A program made the translations under genes and the position numbers. A model generated the notes under the pieces. It ran no database searches. It had not been told where the DNA came from and worked only from the letters and a program-made list of their open reading frames with translations. Below are positions 58,504 through 63,106 of a DNA stretch of 63,106 nt, piece after piece. Source of the stretch: Histomonas meleagridis 2922-C6/04-290x (Eukaryota; Protista; Parabasalia); assembly GCA_020184695.1 (NCBI GenBank), contig JAANOX010000281.1:1-63106 (forward strand), given 5' to 3'. Each line of letters begins with the position of its first letter. Position 1 is the first letter of the stretch.

Positions 58504-60414
58504 TTTTTTGATTTGCAGCCTACAGATCTATAATTGCGGTTTATTTGGTGGTTCGACAGAAAGGAAAAAAGCGGTTATATTTAGGGTGCCACAAAAGTCA
58601 ACAAAAAAGCTAATTTTCAGAACATTCATTTTTTGCAATAAATAATAAAAAATAGTAACAATATACTCAAATTCTTTTATGTCATTGTATTATATATTGG
58701 AAATAAAGCATTTTTATTTTTATCGATAAAAATGGATCGACCAGATAGATTATTTTTTCCAAATATTTCCACATTTTGATGATAACATAATTTGGTGTGA
58801 CTCACATATCAATGATTTTGTTTTATAACAAACTGTTGTCAAGAAATTTTGATTTTTTAATTTTTTACTAAAAAATTCTTCATTTTTTCGAGGAATATTT
58901 GACCAAAAAAAATTGGTCAATAGATTTTTAATGAGGCCAAGCAAAAATTAAAATATTATGGATCTTCTATTTATATTTAAATTTTTATATAAATTCGATT
59001 GTTGATTTTAAAATTTGTTCGTCTTTTAGGAGTAGTTCTTGATGGAACGATACATTTTGAGAACTCAGAAAATGATGGCTTTTTGATATAGACGATATTT
59101 TTTTGTATCGTATTCGAATTTATTTATATATAATACACATTCTATTCAATAAAATTATCTTAACCAAATTTGTTATCTTATTTTTTTATGAGCAATCTCC
59201 AAAATTTCAAAATGTTTTTTTGGGCTTTAGGATTAAATGCAGAAGTTCAAATTCAATAAATATACAGAACTAAAAATAGTCGGAATTAATTTATATAATT
59301 TTTCTATAGTTTTCATTCTATTTTCAAGTTATACAAGATTTTCAATATCTATAGACCAGAGCAAAAATTCAAAAATCTGTCTTTACAATTTTTTATAATT
59401 TATATGTTCTATATATAGGATAATTCTTGAAACAATTTATTCATTATTGGAGGCTCTGGACAAAGAAGAAAAAATAACTTTTTGAATTGATTTTGCGGTT
59501 ACAAATCCATCAAGATTCGTTCCTCTACAAGTGAGCGATACTCACAAAAAAGAATTACAAAATTAAACAGAAGAAAAAATATTTTAAACATTTTTTCAAC
59601 AATACTTGTATATACTGGTTTAGATGTGGTTAATTGGTTCATCCAGTCTTTGCTTAGATGACCGTTTGTGTATTGTATCGTACACGAATTTAAATGGAAA
59701 GTGACTAAATTCAAAGGAAATTTTTTAAAAAAAATTATTATATCTTTATAAAAATTTGTCTACTGTTCTTATATGTTAAAATCTGATATGTATTGAATAC
59801 ATTACAAATAATTTTAAAATTAAAGAGAAATCTATATAAGGCAGAGTTGGTTGACAGTGTCTTTTTTGGACTCAAGATTTATGTTTCATTGGTTATAGCT
59901 CTGTGTTTTGATTATAGCTCAGAATGGCCTGTACAGTTAGCAAAAAGAATAATCAAATAAAATGATTTAAATAAATTTGAATTTCCAATTAAATTCAGAT
60001 TTAGCTATTTTTACTAATAGCAAGTACTTAAGTAAGGTTTAGCAAGGTTCATCTTGGATTAAAGTGACTGATACAAATCGATTTATATTTTTGTTATTAA
60101 ATTTGTCCAAAATAGTTTTTACAACTGATGTTTTTAAGACGCCTTTGATTCCTTTCTCTATTTCTCTAAGTTTATTGAATGAGTTGAAAGTTTTGTTTCA
60201 TGAAAAACCTTGTTGTATACAGCTTTCAGAAAAAAATGCATTGAAAAGTCATTTCAAACGTCCTTGGTTCAAATCTTGGTCTAAATCCATAAAAACCGCC
60301 AGAATTTGCACAGTTTACTGATGTTCAAGTCCGCAAAAGATTTTGAGTGGTATTGAAACTTTTGAACTTTTTTTTCTCAAAAGGATCTTCACAAACTGAC
60401 AAACCCCACCGCGA

Positions 60415-61473
60415 ATGACCAAAATATCTCCCCTTCTAGATGTTGCAATGTTTTATGTCAAGCAAGCTTCTTTTGGCTTAGATGACCCGAGTGCAAAACA
60501 AGAAATAATGAACGCATTTAATTTATTTTTAAATAATCTTTGCGACAAAAACGACGTTGCTGCAGTCCTTACCAAATACATAGGTTCTACTCAACCATTA
60601 GATAGGATAGTTACAATTTTAAGCGTGCCTGATACTCCACTACCTATTCAAACTAGCTTTAACTTACAACACAAAAAAACAAAGCCCTGGTCAAACATAG
60701 AGGATAACCGTCTTCTTGCTGGGCTTCATAAGTTTGGAACTGATAATTGGGTTACAATTGCAAAATTTGTTGGTAATGGAAGAACAAGAGCTCAATGTGC
60801 ACAGCGTTGGTTTCGAGGCCTTGATCCTAAGATATCTAAAAACCAATGGTCTCCTGAAGAAGAAGCTAAATTAATACATTTGATAAAAACCAGTAAAAAC
60901 AAAGGATGGACATCCATAGCTTCAAGCATGGGCAATAGGAGTGACGTACAATGCCGTTACCATTTCTTACAGATGCAAAAAGAAGGAAAAATAAAAGAAG
61001 ATCTATCTTCGTATATCACCGAAAAACATTATCCTAAGAGTTCTGCTCATCTAGGAAGTGCTCCTATGCATCCTACTGGAATTCCTCTTAATCAACTTAG
61101 CTCTGGTGGGCTTGTTAGTTCACTTCCTAATTTTCAAATTAATCAATCAACACCTCCACCTCCTCCACAGCCACAGAACAAAGCCACAGTTAACGCTTGC
61201 TTTTCACCACAACCAGCACCAATACCACCGCCCTTACCAAGAATGAAATCGTCGTCTAGATTTTCGACGAATATTTTCTCACTCCCTCCAAAACCACCAA
61301 AACCTCAGAGCATCGAACGAAAGTCATTAGATATCTTATCCAATAGCAAAGATGGGAATTTGTTCTTCGATATATTCTCTAATGATTTTGATCAGACATT
61401 TTCTAACTCATTTTGGGATGAAGAACCCGGAAACAGCTTCATGCCAGACAGTGATTTATCTGAGTTTTGGTGA
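60415..61473 (+). CDS. Myb-like DNA-binding protein
   Basis: PWSNIEDNRLL...VGNGRTRAQCAQRWFRGLDP...WSPEEE...RSDVQCRYHF; paralog of 33138-33983. Confidence 0.9.
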   Translation: MTKISPLLDVAMFYVKQASFGLDDPSAKQEIMNAFNLFLNNLCDKNDVAAVLTKYIGSTQPLDRIVTILSVPDTPLPIQTSFNLQHKKTKPWSNIEDNRLLAGLHKFGTDNWVTIAKFVGNGRTRAQCAQRWFRGLDPKISKNQWSPEEEAKLIHLIKTSKNKGWTSIASSMGNRSDVQCRYHFLQMQKEGKIKEDLSSYITEKHYPKSSAHLGSAPMHPTGIPLNQLSSGGLVSSLPNFQINQSTPPPPPQPQNKATVNACFSPQPAPIPPPLPRMKSSSRFSTNIFSLPPKPPKPQSIERKSLDILSNSKDGNLFFDIFSNDFDQTFSNSFWDEEPGNSFMPDSDLSEFW

Positions 61474-61651
61474 ATTTACCATGAATTTTGTGCAAATTTT
61501 AATTCTGATGTCGAATACTTGAAGTATGGTTTTCTATAAGTAAAAGTGAATTTAAATAATTTATAGTCTATTGGAGTTAGTTACTAAGCTGTTAATGTTT
61601 TTTTTAAAAAACAAAAAACTAAATGTTTTTATTGAAGTAAACCACACAAAA

Positions 61652-62260
61652 ATGATGAAAATGATTTTGATGATTTTCTGCTCTGTTTTATGCGATAAAC
61701 CATGTAACACAGCAGAGTGTGATGCAAACTCACTTGCTACTGATGGGATATCAAGAAAAAAACGAATAAAAATTACATGTAATATATCAGATAAAACAAA
61801 ATCATTTAATATTTATACTCGTTGGTACCCGGCTGCAGATCAATTCTCACTTTTGGAAATACCTGATCCTGATTGTAAGATTAGAAACCTTTCTGAAAAT
61901 GGAACAATCGTTATAAGCACACAAAAAATTGGTGTAGAACCGCACGTGATTCGGAAAGGTGACTTCACTATTGCATATCTTAGTGCTCTAATTCGTATAG
62001 ATAATGGTAATATAACCGGGATAAGTTGGGATAAATATTTTGATTCGAATTCCTGTAAGGATAAAAGAGTGGCTCATGATGACACGTGCTATGTTTATAA
62101 TCCAACCAGTAGCAAATGTAATGGGAACAGTTTTAAAATATTTTTAGGATTTTTTGGAAAAGATTCGAAAGGTGTTCCATTGAAATCAGCTGGTTTAATG
62201 CCATCTACATTTCTTAGACGTGGTGTTAATAATATTATTGAAGATGCGCAAAACTTGTAA
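61652..62260 (+). CDS. Hypothetical secreted/membrane protein
   Basis: Signal-peptide-like MMKMILMIFCSVLC; Cys-containing body. Confidence 0.6.
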   Translation: MMKMILMIFCSVLCDKPCNTAECDANSLATDGISRKKRIKITCNISDKTKSFNIYTRWYPAADQFSLLEIPDPDCKIRNLSENGTIVISTQKIGVEPHVIRKGDFTIAYLSALIRIDNGNITGISWDKYFDSNSCKDKRVAHDDTCYVYNPTSSKCNGNSFKIFLGFFGKDSKGVPLKSAGLMPSTFLRRGVNNIIEDAQNL

Positions 62261-62335
62261 ATGAAAAATGAGCTTCTTTAAAATAAAAATTTTGTATCAT
62301 AACCGTCGTCACTTTTGATCGAACAGTTGTAACAA

Positions 62336-63106
62336 ATGATTTTCGACGAGGGCGTATTACCATCAGCACATTTGCGTGATCTTGTTGCTGAATACGAAAG
62401 CGTTCTTAAAATGCCACCTGCATCAGAAGAAACCGCTCAAATTGCAAGTTCTTTGATTGAGAAATTCACGCGATTATGGGAATTTTTTAGGAGAGGACAA
62501 TTCTATAGCTCTAATGAAGATCTAGATGAATACTCAACATCAAAATTAAGATTCTTTTTAATACCATATTACATTGGAAGACTTCACTTAATCTTCCAAG
62601 GAAATTCTAGACCTGATCATCTTGAAACTTCAATTTCTCTCCTTCAAAGCTTTTCAGATCAGATGGTACACTTTAAGGTAATTGAGAAAGAAAAACCAAT
62701 TCCAACAAATCCTAATGACAGACGTCAACGAGCTGTTGCAGAATACAAAGAAAAGCGCGAGCTCGAACAACGCCTTCAACGTATGAACGAACTCACAAAA
62801 CGTGATGATTTACAACGAGGATATGTTGGAGATCCAGTTGATGAAGAAACAGAACGTGAACTCCTTCATGACCTCCTTCGGTACTCTGCAATGGAAGCAC
62901 GCTCTTTTGTTCGTAGCGCCCAGGACGAGCTTCCTTTTGCTCGAATGCGCGCTGAAGGTGTGAAACCGCAAAAACCGTCAGGGCCACCCCCGAAGATGTG
63001 GGTACACAAAATCGAAAGAGAAGAGCAAATGAAGAAAGTATTTGCTCCATACGACAGATTGCTGCCAAAACCACTTCCGCCTGATGATGAAACATTTGCG
63101 AAACCT
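62336..63106 (+). CDS. TAP42/IGBP1 (alpha4)-family PP2A regulator, 3' end beyond the window
   Basis: Open frame from ATG 62336 to the window end with FYSSNEDLDEYSTSKLRFFLIPYY. Confidence 0.8.
   Translation, partial: MIFDEGVLPSAHLRDLVAEYESVLKMPPASEETAQIASSLIEKFTRLWEFFRRGQFYSSNEDLDEYSTSKLRFFLIPYYIGRLHLIFQGNSRPDHLETSISLLQSFSDQMVHFKVIEKEKPIPTNPNDRRQRAVAEYKEKRELEQRLQRMNELTKRDDLQRGYVGDPVDEETERELLHDLLRYSAMEARSFVRSAQDELPFARMRAEGVKPQKPSGPPPKMWVHKIEREEQMKKVFAPYDRLLPKPLPPDDETFAKP

Noticed and set aside
60040-60330. Coding-looking minus-strand stretch upstream of the Myb gene
   Set aside because: It is interrupted by stops, has no start and shows no recognisable homology; at most a pseudogene remnant.

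Overview
AT-rich, essentially intron-poor eukaryotic DNA from a parabasalid (Trichomonas/Tritrichomonas/Histomonas-like). This assignment is inferred from hydrogenosomal PFO and malic enzyme with presequences, DUF3447-ankyrin genes, Myb genes, Inr-like TCACT motifs and a Maverick element. Housekeeping genes (LAG1/TLC, AVL9, DHHC-like, PUF6, RPS19, DRC4/GAS8, MCM4, L-type lectin, USP7-like, tRNA-Leu, LRR-PP2C, RPL41, PFO, ME, TAP42) are interspersed with mobile DNA: a Maverick/Polinton end, a decayed IS481-like integrase and a complete pogo-like transposon. There are also a ~1 kb (AAT)n tract, a 37-bp VNTR and a ~2 kb inverted segmental duplication. The standout observation is in four ankyrin-repeat loci. 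The 4-residue D-x-x-G-x-T turn of almost every ankyrin repeat is encoded as single codons, each separated by a ~17-nt AT-rich insert without GT-AG ends (17+3 periodicity; spacers of 80 or 63 nt). Removing the inserts restores canonical ankyrin proteins, suggesting an unrecognised micro-intron, RNA-deletion or recoding system. This is inferred from DNA only and needs transcript or peptide evidence.
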